From: a virus | Reading direction: 5' to 3' (one strand) | Length of the DNA: 64,000 bases | Virus record (IMG/VR): IMGVR_UViG_3300045988_137032 | Location: 64,001-128,000 of that record | In this document: positions 28,639-38,222 of the stretch, in pieces | How positions within the stretch are numbered: the first letter of the stretch is position 1 | Layout: the number at the start of each line of letters is the position of its first letter | The notes under the pieces: generated by a model | The model's database searches: none | Told to the model about the DNA's origin: nothing | Seen by the model: only the letters and a program-made list of their open reading frames with translations | Made by a program: the position numbers and the translations under genes

Positions 28639-29319
28639 ATGCGATATGCATCTATCCGAGAAATGGATATTAGCAATGGTTATGGTGTTGGTGTATCTTT
28701 CTTTACTCAAGGATGCCACTTCCACTGTAAGAATTGCTTTAATCAACAGACATGGGATTTCAATGGTGGTAAAGAATACACCAATGAAACGGAAGTAAAG
28801 ATCCGTTCCCTTGTTGATAGACCTTATATCCATAGATTCTCCGTTTTAGGTGGAGAACCTCTGGAATGGTGTAATATCTACGATTTGACAAATCTTCTCC
28901 TTCACATCAAAGAAGATGCTGATCTTACTTATAAGAAAATGGATGTCTGGCTTTATACCGGATATTCCCTTACCGATATTATTTGGAAAGCACTTTTACA
29001 GTTTAATCCACCACAGAAGCCGAAATCCAACTATACTACGGATGATAAAGAAGCTCAGATTATGAGTATGCTGTATTTCGTAGATCATTTGGTTGACGGT
29101 CAGTATGAAGAAGATAAGAAAGATTTTCATTTGAAATTCTGTGGAAGCAGCAACCAGAGAATTATTGATATGAAGAAAACCCATTATAATTATATGAATG
29201 ACGAAGTGATGTGCTACGTTCGTGGAAATCATAATTCAATGAATGCAGCTCAAATCCAGAATGTTATCGATTATATCAACAAGGAAGTAATCGTAACTAT
29301 TCCACAGGAATCGTTGTGA
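28639..29319 (+). CDS. nrdG: anaerobic RNR activating enzyme NrdG (radical SAM)
   Basis: GVGVSFFTQGCHFHCKNCFN (CxxxCxxC cluster); position directly after nrdD. Confidence 0.85.
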   Translation: MRYASIREMDISNGYGVGVSFFTQGCHFHCKNCFNQQTWDFNGGKEYTNETEVKIRSLVDRPYIHRFSVLGGEPLEWCNIYDLTNLLLHIKEDADLTYKKMDVWLYTGYSLTDIIWKALLQFNPPQKPKSNYTTDDKEAQIMSMLYFVDHLVDGQYEEDKKDFHLKFCGSSNQRIIDMKKTHYNYMNDEVMCYVRGNHNSMNAAQIQNVIDYINKEVIVTIPQESL

Positions 29320-29367
29320 TGGGTAATGGTTTTTTCTATTCATAAAACTTTCTCCTTGTTGTAATAC

Positions 29368-29418
29368 AAGAATCCGAGCTAGTAATGACCGCACATCATA
29401 CTAGCTCGGATTCTTCAT
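29368..29418 (+). terminator. intrinsic terminator
   Basis: 17-bp stem AAGAATCCGAGCTAGTA / TACTAGCTCGGATTCTT. Confidence 0.75.
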
Positions 29419-29446
29419 TGCCAGGATCATAGAAATACCACCTGAA

Positions 29447-29458
29447 AACAAACTCTTA
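29447..29458 (+). promoter_or_regulatory. candidate class B promoter motif AACA-N6-TA
   Basis: cctgaAAACAaactctTAag, 54 nt upstream of ATG 29501. Confidence 0.45.
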
Positions 29459-29500
29459 AGCCTTTAAAATTACGTAATTTAGAAAGGAGATACGAGATAA

Positions 29501-32500
29501 ATGGTTTATATTACGTCTCTCCCATATATGAATGCAACAGCACGGAAAGCGTATTTACCGAAGGAAGTAACTCTTCCTGGGGTAAAACCTATGTCTGGAC
29601 ATGGTAATCTTGCATTTATTATGGCTACTACTCCTGCCGAAGTAATCCATGTAATTGATAGGCCGAAGAACTGTATGGCGGGTACTTATTATAAGTATCT
29701 CTATCACAATCTTCGGTATCGTGGTAAGATCGGTAATAGAAGTTATAATTTAAGAGACCTTGATGGTCGTAATAATATTTATGACCGTATTAGTAATCCG
29801 AATATTCATCCTCATCCTCCCACATTACTTAATAAGACTCCTGACTACAATACACTCTTTGATATGTCAACTTACATCAAGCTGTATAATACCATGAGTG
29901 TAAAATTCCAGCCTTCTGCGAGAGTAAATCTCTACTGGAATTATATGAAGACTATTTGGAACGGTGAGCAGACTTCTCAGTATCCGAGTAAGTTTGTACT
30001 GATAGACGTTGATCTTTTTGACAACTTCAATAGTACAGACTTCATGAAGAATATTGAGAATCCACTCTTTATCTTCTATTACTCTATGTCGAGAGAACTT
30101 CCTGCATTCACATCCATCAATATGGACTTCTATTTCTATTCGGATAGCATGATTCTTCGTGTAAATCCGAGTAAGACTTCGAAGAGAGATGCAAGTAATT
30201 TCCGTACCCAGCTTAAAAAGGTATTTAAGCGGTCTACTCGTTGGGAAGATGTTACGGATGAGAAAGAAGTTAGTAGTGAAGTGACGAAGGCTTCCATTAC
30301 TGCTACTCTGAATACTCGTTATAATATGACGGGTAGAACAGAAAATACTCGCCCTGTGGCAACTGATCTTCCGCCTGCTAAGAATGTGGATAAGCCGGAA
30401 CCTGTTGTAAAGACAAGTCCGAAGATTATGCGCCCTGACGTAGTATCTCAGGAACAGAAGAAAGTTGCAGTAAGTCCTGTTACGAAGACTTCTTCTGCAA
30501 AAAATTCTTATGTTGCTACGGATGTAGAGAAAAAAGAAGACATTGAGCAGGCTAAAAAGGTAATTGCTACTAAGATTGATCAGAAGATTGATCAGACTAC
30601 TAAGGAGATTAAAGCAGTTACTGATGCTGCTAAGACTCCTGAAGAAGCAAAAGCTGCTGCGGATTACGTTAAGACAAAATCCGAAATGGATTTGGATAAT
30701 GATAAGGAACTGATTGAAAGCATGTATAAGGTTATGCAGGCTACAACAGTTCCTACCAAGCCTGTTAGTACTGCACGCGATGCTGCAATGCGTAAGCGCC
30801 AGGAAGAAATTAAGCTTGAGAATATGACATTCCAAGACGTCAAGAATATGAATGCCGCAAAGCGTCCTATTCCTGAAAAGGATATCTCTGGTGCTCTTCA
30901 TACCATCAATGATAATATGAAGACCGTGAGATTTGCGAATGTCAATAAGGATTACATTGAGAATGTCATGCCTGCTGACTTAATGAATGCATTCACTTGC
31001 CTTAATAACAAGAGCATGCCGTTCTATGTCAGAGACATTCAGACCAAGGATACATCGGATGAATTGAACTACAAGATGACTATGAAGGTTACTCTGGAAG
31101 ATGAGGCTCATCAGCGTCATGTTGTTACTGTCGATATTCCGAAATTCTTGGATGATAAGTTCCTGTACCTTGGTGGTAATAAGAAGCTTATCAATAAGCA
31201 GAATTTCTTGTATCCTGTTGTAAAGACTGCTCCTGATACTGTGCAGATCGTTTCCAACTACAATAAGATTTTCGTACGCCGTATTGGTGCAAAGAGTATT
31301 TCGTCAGTTGAACGTCTGATAAAATTGATTTATGCAAATCCCGATGCTATGAAACTCTTCACAGTTGGTAACGCATATATCACGAATAAGCAGTATCTTA
31401 CTACTCTTGAGTATGACGAGTTTAGTAAGGTTATTACGAAATTCAAAACTCCTACTTGTACGATTTTCTTCAATCAGGAAGAAGCTACGAAGTATATCTC
31501 AGATCACAATATCGAAGCACCGAAGTGTGATGTAGGTAGTGAGATCTTCATTGGATTCCGTGATAAGAATAGAGAGCTTTGGTTAAACTCTGAAACTCAG
31601 ATGGTTGGCGATGAGCCTCTTTGTGATATCATCGCTGCTGAACTTCCTGAGAATATCCGTGAAGAATACTTCAAGACTCGTAATACGAAGAAGGTTATGT
31701 ATTCCACTGCTACATTGATGAAGCAGTCTATGCCTCTCATTGTATATATGCTGTATTGGGAAGGAATCACTTCTGTATTTAAGAAGATGAATCTGAGGTA
31801 TGAATTCAGCAAGAGCTATCCGAAGTCTGTAAAACCTTCTCAGGGTGTTATCCGTTTCAAAGACTGCTATATGCTGTATGATGCTGATATGGCTACTGCA
31901 TTACTCATGAATGGTATGAAGGTTCTTGATACAGAATCTCATGACCTGAATGAGTATAATAGCGTAGAAGCATACGTGGATTACTTTAAGAAGGTATACG
32001 GTAAAGTATCTATCATGTCTGCTATTAGCAACTACTATGACTTCATGATCGATCCTATTACAGAAGAAATCCTTCGGGATATTAATCTTCCTACGGATTT
32101 GATTGATGTTTGTATCTATGCTAATAGTCTGCTTGTTGATGATAGCTATACCTTTGAATCTAGCCAGCGTATTGCGCGTGTGCGTTCTAGTGAAGTTATT
32201 CCTGCAATTCTCTATTATCAGCTCTCCCGTTCCTATCTTGAATATAAGAATAGTAACGGTAAGAAGAAACTGAGTCTTCCTAGAAATGCAGTCATTAAGG
32301 AACTCATGGCATTACAGACAGTGGAAGATTACTCTACACTGAATCCTGTCGTTGAACTTGAGAAGGATCGTTCCATCTCTGCTAAGGGATATCGTGGTGT
32401 CAACGTGGAACGTGCGTATACAGAAGAGAAGCGTTCTTACGATGCATCTATGATTGGTGTTATCGGTATGAGTACTTCTCCTGATGGTAACTGTGGTATC

Positions 32501-33847
32501 AATAGAACTCTTACTATGGAACCCAATATTACCTCTGCACGTGGATACGTTGATATCAAAGAGAATGAGCGTGATGATCTTAAGGACGTTAACGTATTCT
32601 CTCCCGGTGAACTTCTGTATCCTCTTGGCGCAACTCGTGATGATTCCATCCGTACTGCAATGGCTGTCAAGCAGTCTAAGCATGTTATTCCCGTTAAGAA
32701 TGCAGCACCTGCATTGATTGCTAATGGATCTGATGAAGCAATTCGTTTTGATCTGTCGAGTGATTTCGTTATTAATGCTGCTGAAGATGGTAAGGTTATT
32801 GACTACGATCCAAAGAGCAATATTCTTATGCTGGAGTATAAGTCTGGTAAGCATCAGGCAGTTAATCTTGCACCGAATATTGTGAAGAATGGCGGCGGCG
32901 GTTTCTATCTTTCCAATGAACTTATCACGAAATACAAAGTAGGCGATAAGTTTAAGAAGGATGACGCTATTGCATGGCATAAGGATTTCTTCAAAGACGA
33001 TGGTATGAATGGTCTTCGTATGAATGTGGGTGTTCTTGAGAAGGTTGCTATCATCTCTAGCTACAATACCTACAACGACTGTACCGTTATTACCAAGAAG
33101 CTTGCAGGTGATGCAGAAGCCAATATGACTTTCTGTAAATCTGTAGTTATTGGTAAGAATTCTAACGTCTATGACATTCGTAAAGTCGGTGATCATCTTA
33201 GCATTGGTGATCCATTGATCGCATATGATACTTCCTTTGAAGATAGTGATCTGAATAAGCTTCTTGCATCACTTTCTGATGATAATAAGGAGCTTATTGA
33301 TGAAGGAAGTAAGAATGTCATAAAGAGTAAATACGCTGGTAAAATTGTCGGCATCAAGATCTATTCTGCTGTAGAGCTTGAAGATATGAGTCCTTCTCTC
33401 CGTAAGATTGTGTCCAGTTACTATAACGGAGTTAAAGAAAAGAAGGGATTCCTCGATAAGTATGCCGAGGAAGGTAGCAGCATTGTCAAGTGTGGACTTC
33501 TCGTAAATGAAACTACTGGTAAGATTGAACCTAATATCTATGGCGTTATTAAGGGTCAAAAGATCAATGACGATGGCGTTCTCATTGAATTCTATATCGA
33601 ACACCCGGATATCTTAGGAGTAGGCGATAAAATCGCCTATTTCACAGCTCTTAAGGGTATTATCGGTGAGATTATACCTGAAGGCTATGAACCTTATAGT
33701 GAATTTCGCCCGGATGAAGAAGTTTCTTCGCTAATCCCACCGTCCTCAATTTTGAAACGTCAGGTTCCTTCTATTCTGATCACAGTTCTTGGTAACAAGA
33801 TTATGGTTGAATTGAAGAGAAAACTTGAGGAGATCTACAACTCCTAA
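29501..33847 (+). CDS. multisubunit RNA polymerase beta-like subunit (1448 aa) with a long N-terminal extension
   Basis: SAKGYRGVNVERAYTEEKRSYDASMIGVIGMSTSPDGNCGINRTL (compare ALGPGGL...RDVH..HYGR.CPIETPEG.NIGL); RTAMAVKQSKHVIP (compare NMQRQAVP); YFTALKGIIGEIIPEGYEPY (compare GRHGNKGV..I.P.EDMP). The first ~465 aa are not beta-like. Confidence 0.7.
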   Translation: MVYITSLPYMNATARKAYLPKEVTLPGVKPMSGHGNLAFIMATTPAEVIHVIDRPKNCMAGTYYKYLYHNLRYRGKIGNRSYNLRDLDGRNNIYDRISNPNIHPHPPTLLNKTPDYNTLFDMSTYIKLYNTMSVKFQPSARVNLYWNYMKTIWNGEQTSQYPSKFVLIDVDLFDNFNSTDFMKNIENPLFIFYYSMSRELPAFTSINMDFYFYSDSMILRVNPSKTSKRDASNFRTQLKKVFKRSTRWEDVTDEKEVSSEVTKASITATLNTRYNMTGRTENTRPVATDLPPAKNVDKPEPVVKTSPKIMRPDVVSQEQKKVAVSPVTKTSSAKNSYVATDVEKKEDIEQAKKVIATKIDQKIDQTTKEIKAVTDAAKTPEEAKAAADYVKTKSEMDLDNDKELIESMYKVMQATTVPTKPVSTARDAAMRKRQEEIKLENMTFQDVKNMNAAKRPIPEKDISGALHTINDNMKTVRFANVNKDYIENVMPADLMNAFTCLNNKSMPFYVRDIQTKDTSDELNYKMTMKVTLEDEAHQRHVVTVDIPKFLDDKFLYLGGNKKLINKQNFLYPVVKTAPDTVQIVSNYNKIFVRRIGAKSISSVERLIKLIYANPDAMKLFTVGNAYITNKQYLTTLEYDEFSKVITKFKTPTCTIFFNQEEATKYISDHNIEAPKCDVGSEIFIGFRDKNRELWLNSETQMVGDEPLCDIIAAELPENIREEYFKTRNTKKVMYSTATLMKQSMPLIVYMLYWEGITSVFKKMNLRYEFSKSYPKSVKPSQGVIRFKDCYMLYDADMATALLMNGMKVLDTESHDLNEYNSVEAYVDYFKKVYGKVSIMSAISNYYDFMIDPITEEILRDINLPTDLIDVCIYANSLLVDDSYTFESSQRIARVRSSEVIPAILYYQLSRSYLEYKNSNGKKKLSLPRNAVIKELMALQTVEDYSTLNPVVELEKDRSISAKGYRGVNVERAYTEEKRSYDASMIGVIGMSTSPDGNCGINRTLTMEPNITSARGYVDIKENERDDLKDVNVFSPGELLYPLGATRDDSIRTAMAVKQSKHVIPVKNAAPALIANGSDEAIRFDLSSDFVINAAEDGKVIDYDPKSNILMLEYKSGKHQAVNLAPNIVKNGGGGFYLSNELITKYKVGDKFKKDDAIAWHKDFFKDDGMNGLRMNVGVLEKVAIISSYNTYNDCTVITKKLAGDAEANMTFCKSVVIGKNSNVYDIRKVGDHLSIGDPLIAYDTSFEDSDLNKLLASLSDDNKELIDEGSKNVIKSKYAGKIVGIKIYSAVELEDMSPSLRKIVSSYYNGVKEKKGFLDKYAEEGSSIVKCGLLVNETTGKIEPNIYGVIKGQKINDDGVLIEFYIEHPDILGVGDKIAYFTALKGIIGEIIPEGYEPYSEFRPDEEVSSLIPPSSILKRQVPSILITVLGNKIMVELKRKLEEIYNS

Positions 33848-33900
33848 AAAAGAAAAAAAATAAAGAGTGCACTACCTGTTTATGATAGTGCACTCTTTAT
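33846..33900. terminator. bidirectional hairpin terminator
   Basis: 15-bp stem ATAAAGAGTGCACTA / TAGTGCACTCTTTAT; the upstream A-run gives a T-run on the minus strand. Confidence 0.7.
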
Positions 33901-33926
33901 GAATCCTATATAGGATTTTTTCTTTA

Positions 33927-34448
33927 TCATTCTTCCGTATCGCTTGCAATTATATTTGATGCTTCTTCATATTTCTTTCTGTACTCTGAATATACAGGAG
34001 GAATCTTTCCTGTAACTGCTGCCATATAGCAGTCGAGTACATAGCTCTTTAAGACTTCATCGTCAACGGATCGGATATATCCCTTGATGGCATCTGCCGG
34101 TAAATCAAAGAATTGGAATAACTTGATGCATCCAATTCTTGGTTTCGATTCATCTTTCAGATTCTCGCCAAGATCAACGAAAACGCGTAAGCGATTGACG
34201 ACTTCCTTATCTGGATTGCTTGTACCAACAAACTTGCTGGTTAACATTGCCACCTTAACAGTAGAACTTGATGCGTACCAGTTGTCGGTTGATATGACAA
34301 GTGCCGGATGAGGTTTGCAATTAGGAATAACGCTACTGAAATCACACCAGTAGATATTCCATTTTGAAACCTGTAATGGCTTACGGATTGTAGATACGAT
34401 ATCATCTTTTGTGATACCAAGCATCTGCATTTCTTCGGTTAATTCCAT
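33927..34448 (-). CDS. MazF/PemK-like fold protein (orphan, no adjacent antitoxin-like gene)
   Basis: WNIYWCDFSSVIPNCKPHPALVISTDNWYASSSTVKVAMLTSK compares with E. coli MazF GDLIWVDFDPTKGSEQAGHRPAVVLSP...CVPCTTQ (from memory); RBS AAGGAGAAAG. Confidence 0.45.
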   Translation of the reverse strand: MELTEEMQMLGITKDDIVSTIRKPLQVSKWNIYWCDFSSVIPNCKPHPALVISTDNWYASSSTVKVAMLTSKFVGTSNPDKEVVNRLRVFVDLGENLKDESKPRIGCIKLFQFFDLPADAIKGYIRSVDDEVLKSYVLDCYMAAVTGKIPPVYSEYRKKYEEASNIIASDTEE

Positions 34449-34464
34449 AAATTACTTTCTCCTT

Positions 34465-34526
34465 ATAAATAAAAAATTAACTCCGTGAAAGTAGTCATTA
34501 TTAGACTTACCTTCACGGAGTTAATT
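34465..34526 (-). terminator. intrinsic terminator of the 34538-36258 unit
   Basis: 15-bp stem AATTAACTCCGTGAA / TTCACGGAGTTAATT with a T-run on the minus strand. Confidence 0.75.
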
Positions 34527-34537
34527 ACTAATGATTA

Positions 34538-35398
34538 TTAAAAGCTGATTTTCTCGAGGCTCTCTGCAACAATGTCACACTCACTGTCACTGAACTTATC
34601 GATCTGCTTGTCGCGGATGATCATGCCTTCAACAACCATGTTGAGGATGTCGGTGTTGTAGATAGACTTGATCTTCTCACGGCTGGTCTTGGGCTTGGTA
34701 GCATCTTCAGCAACAACAGCATCCTCTTTGATGTGACGCATAGTTTCGAGAAGCTTTTTCTCGAAAGGATCGTATGCATCAGGATAGTTTTCCTGGACGT
34801 AATCCTTCCAATAGCCATCCATGCCAGGAATGATGTTACGGATTTTCCTGATAGCGTTGATATCCCCAGCAAGCTCAACGAGGTACTTAGCCATGTGATG
34901 TGCTTCGTCCTTCTTGATCTCGTTAATGGCGAGCTCCTCAAAGTCCAAAGGATCACCATCCTGATCGATATACCTGGCATTGATGATAGGCATACGATCA
35001 TTGGGAATGGCAATCTTGATGATGATGGAACTGATATACCTGGGGCTCGTAATGTTCTCGCCAAAGGAAAGCAGCTGATTCCGAAGGATATTGTCGATCA
35101 GAATCGAGAAGTTTCCCTCCGTGATCAGGTCACGGGAAATGCTGTAGTTGTGGATCTGCTTGCAGATCGTGATATGGACATTGATCATTGCAGGAACCAT
35201 GCCCATATCCTTGCTGTTTTCGTTATCCCAGCAAGCACAGACGATATGCTGGTCAACTACGTTGCCGATGAACGGAAAACCTTCGTCTTCCTCATCATCG
35301 TCAATCGGGTTGTAGTGGAGCATCGTTACAGGCCCCTGCCAGACAATGCTGTAGTTGTTACGGGTGAATTTCCATTCAGGTAACTGTTTCTCGCACAT
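34538..35398 (-). CDS. hypothetical protein (distant paralog of 35401-36258)
   Basis: RBS GGAGGAGG lies in the end of the upstream gene. CACWDNENSKDMGMVPAMINVHITI and PIINARYIDQDGD match IHCWQFPDPWDRKQYVPSSVNVNLEV and PIITCRYGLRSGD. GC3-rich codons. Confidence 0.8.
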   Translation of the reverse strand: MCEKQLPEWKFTRNNYSIVWQGPVTMLHYNPIDDDEEDEGFPFIGNVVDQHIVCACWDNENSKDMGMVPAMINVHITICKQIHNYSISRDLITEGNFSILIDNILRNQLLSFGENITSPRYISSIIIKIAIPNDRMPIINARYIDQDGDPLDFEELAINEIKKDEAHHMAKYLVELAGDINAIRKIRNIIPGMDGYWKDYVQENYPDAYDPFEKKLLETMRHIKEDAVVAEDATKPKTSREKIKSIYNTDILNMVVEGMIIRDKQIDKFSDSECDIVAESLEKISF

Positions 35399-35400
35399 AA

Positions 35401-36258
35401 TTATTCCTCCTCCTTGATTTCCTCGATGTCATATTCTTTGAGATTCTTGTTGATAGCGCATTTGGCAGATTCCTCATTCAACTTGAACTTATCGGGATAC
35501 TTCTTTGCCATGGCGGTCTCAATGTTCTTCATGAAGGCCTTGTACCACCTGAACAGCTCAGGGTACTTGGAACAGATCTTATCAGCTTCACGAGTACGAC
35601 TTTCAACGTTGTTGAGAAGTTCAATGACACAAGAATCATCATTACCGACATAGTTGCTACCGTCGTAGCGTGCAGTAATGGTGCTCTTCATGCAATCAAC
35701 ATCATTCTCACGATTGTCATGCCATGCTTCGCTCACAGAGCTTTCGAGGATATAGTCGTTATTGTAATCACCGCTGCGAAGCCCATAGCGGCAGGTGATG
35801 ATCGGATCCTGGCCAATGAAGAGGTACATGTAGATGTTGATGCTATTGAGCTTATAGGGAGCTGTGAGATCATCAAACGGCTTCAACAGCAGTAAAATCC
35901 GATCGATGTCAATCTTCGGAGTAAACTCCATGGTTTCGAACGGGATTTTCACCGTAGGCATCGTGACCTCCAAATTGACGTTCACGGAAGACGGGACGTA
36001 CTGCTTGCGGTCCCAAGGATCCGGGAACTGCCAGCAGTGGATGAGGAACTTCTGGGAGTAGCACTGAGTGGGAATAGAGCCGTTATAGCCATTGCCAGCG
36101 TTTGCTGCCAACTGAGCAGCGGTGGACACATCCGCGGTTGCATAGAAAACAGAGCCGTTGGTGGTTACCTCACGAATCGGGGTAGCAAACGCAACCTCAA
36201 AATTCTTCTCGTACTTATTGCTCTCCTTATCGAATTTACTTTCAAATTTCCATGCCAT
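35401..36258 (-). CDS. hypothetical protein
   Basis: RBS AAGGAGAAAG before ATG 36258 (MAWKFESKF...); GC3-rich codons. Confidence 0.8.
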   Translation of the reverse strand: MAWKFESKFDKESNKYEKNFEVAFATPIREVTTNGSVFYATADVSTAAQLAANAGNGYNGSIPTQCYSQKFLIHCWQFPDPWDRKQYVPSSVNVNLEVTMPTVKIPFETMEFTPKIDIDRILLLLKPFDDLTAPYKLNSINIYMYLFIGQDPIITCRYGLRSGDYNNDYILESSVSEAWHDNRENDVDCMKSTITARYDGSNYVGNDDSCVIELLNNVESRTREADKICSKYPELFRWYKAFMKNIETAMAKKYPDKFKLNEESAKCAINKNLKEYDIEEIKEEE

Positions 36259-36343
36259 AATACTTTCTCCTTGTCTCGCTTTCATTTGATTGATTTTCAA
36301 AATAAGTAAATCTTACATTGGATTCACTCCCTTTCTTCATAGC

Positions 36344-36353
36344 TATAATATAT
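36344..36353 (-). promoter_or_regulatory. candidate class A promoter core ATATATTATA
   Basis: minus strand reads agttATATATTATAgctatgaagaaaggg, about 86 nt upstream of start 36258. Confidence 0.45.
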
Positions 36354-36377
36354 AACTATGATTATTGATTGAATTGA

Positions 36378-37040
36378 TTACTTCTTGATGTCAGCGTAAT
36401 CGTCGCTGGACATGTACGAGAATCCGTTCGTCGCGTCATAATTGGGATCGAAATCATCGGACGAATATTCCTTGGTATCAGGAATGAAGACAAGATACCG
36501 AGTCTTATCAGGTACCTTTTCGTAGGTCTTGGGAGCAGTTTTCAGAACTCCAACGAGATCGGCATAGATTGTTTCACCGGATGCGATCTTGTTGACGAAG
36601 ACTCCCCAATTGTCAGGATTCAGGCCGAGATGTGCTGCGAGCATGTTGAAAGAATCGTATTCACGATCATCAAAATCACCCAGACCAGCATCGATCATGA
36701 TGAATGTCTTGAAGGACTCATTGCTGGCATCAACGAAGATAAATCTCCGATAGAAAAGCTGGAGATTGCCGGTGGGGTGATCAGAGACCAGACGATCGAT
36801 GATGCTGGAGTAAGGCTTCAGTACGTCAGGCAGTTTTGCCTTATCGTCGACATCAATCTGTTTGTCAGACTTCATGCAGCCATCAGTAGAGATCTGATAA
36901 GTGTTGTCGTTGACAACGAAATTCACGCTGTTGTCGATCGCCATACACCCTTCAAAAAGATCGATAGAGCGACCACGCGTGGAAGAAGTCACTTCCACAA
37001 AGTTGGTGGTGGGTTCGGTGTTAGTTACGATTTTACACAT
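36378..37040 (-). CDS. hypothetical protein (paralog of 37551-38222)
   Basis: Collinear matches: FYRRFIFVDASNESFKTFIMID vs FYHWRRFFLVDSDKDQYRIFTMLD, and LAAHLGLNPDNWGVFVNKI vs LAEYLGENSKDWKEFVEYI. Confidence 0.8.
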   Translation of the reverse strand: MCKIVTNTEPTTNFVEVTSSTRGRSIDLFEGCMAIDNSVNFVVNDNTYQISTDGCMKSDKQIDVDDKAKLPDVLKPYSSIIDRLVSDHPTGNLQLFYRRFIFVDASNESFKTFIMIDAGLGDFDDREYDSFNMLAAHLGLNPDNWGVFVNKIASGETIYADLVGVLKTAPKTYEKVPDKTRYLVFIPDTKEYSSDDFDPNYDATNGFSYMSSDDYADIKK

Positions 37041-37063
37041 AGTCGTTTCTCCTTTTTTATAAA

Positions 37064-37522
37064 TTATTTATTCTTTTTCTTCTTATCAGTCTTCTTTTCA
37101 TCGGACTTCAAAGTAGAACTGAAATCTGCGGCGCGGTCTTCGCCACGCACCCAGATATCGACATTGGGTTTCTTGTTACCGGACTGGGATTCTGCGAGAT
37201 TGATGTTGATGGCTTCCAGGGCACTGATATCAATCTCACCAAAGTCAATCCGATTCAGGATAGACTGGATGCGGTGCTTGTTACTCTTGACATCGCCGAG
37301 GATGCTGCAATTGATGGTATCCCGAACCTGAACGGTGATGGGATACTTGACAGGGAACTCACCATGGAGAACGAGGACATAGCTGTCCATCGTCTGGATG
37401 GTAAAGAGGTTGGTGAGATCACGGATAGCATTGCTCCATGCATTGTGCTCACGATAGATGACATCGTACTTAATGTCATCAATCTTAACGGTCTTGTATT
37501 TCTTTGTATCCTTCTTGCTCAT
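37064..37522 (-). CDS. hypothetical Lys-rich protein
   Basis: RBS AAGGAGAGAG; termini MSKKDTKKYK ... KKTDKKKKNK. Confidence 0.75.
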   Translation of the reverse strand: MSKKDTKKYKTVKIDDIKYDVIYREHNAWSNAIRDLTNLFTIQTMDSYVLVLHGEFPVKYPITVQVRDTINCSILGDVKSNKHRIQSILNRIDFGEIDISALEAININLAESQSGNKKPNVDIWVRGEDRAADFSSTLKSDEKKTDKKKKNK

Positions 37523-37550
37523 TTTTTACTCTCTCCTTGTGTTATTTACT

Positions 37551-38222
37551 TTAGCCCATAATGGATTTTACACCATCATGATTCACGTACATGAGTTTAT
37601 TGGCAACGGGATTCGGATCGAATTCAGCATTGTCATAGACTTTGTCATCAGGAATGATGAGAATCTCTCTATCATAGGAAGTGATATGCTCAATATTTCC
37701 TTTCCCAATCGGAACCTTGATTGCATACATCCGGTCACAGAATGGATCTCCTTTGTTGATATACTCAACGAATTCTTTCCAATCTTTGGAATTCTCACCG
37801 AGATATTCTGCAAGCAGGTTGATAGATTCAATATCACGAGCTTCCCGATTAGGAGCCTTGCTCGGATATGCGTATTTATCGAGCATCGTAAAGATGCGAT
37901 ACTGATCTTTATCCGAATCAACGAGGAAGAATCTACGCCAATGATAGAATACATCCATTCCATAAGGCGTATCAGACATGAACTCATGAATGACGTTACG
38001 GTGATGCTGTAATTCATCCGGGATCATACATTCGTTCGTGTTGTAACGCTGGGCAAAGTCATGAGACATGTAGCCATCCACGGTTATTTCATAACCATGA
38101 CCATCAACCATAAAGTCGATATGGTTGTTGATATACATGACTCCTTCCTTGTAGGTTGCGTTTTCACCAATCACCACAATGGATCCAGCGTTCTCAGGAA
38201 TCTGATCTTTCGTATTACTCAT
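37551..38222 (-). CDS. hypothetical protein (paralog of 36378-37040)
   Basis: TAATG overlap with the upstream gene; see the paralog evidence at 36378-37040. Confidence 0.8.
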   Translation of the reverse strand: MSNTKDQIPENAGSIVVIGENATYKEGVMYINNHIDFMVDGHGYEITVDGYMSHDFAQRYNTNECMIPDELQHHRNVIHEFMSDTPYGMDVFYHWRRFFLVDSDKDQYRIFTMLDKYAYPSKAPNREARDIESINLLAEYLGENSKDWKEFVEYINKGDPFCDRMYAIKVPIGKGNIEHITSYDREILIIPDDKVYDNAEFDPNPVANKLMYVNHDGVKSIMG

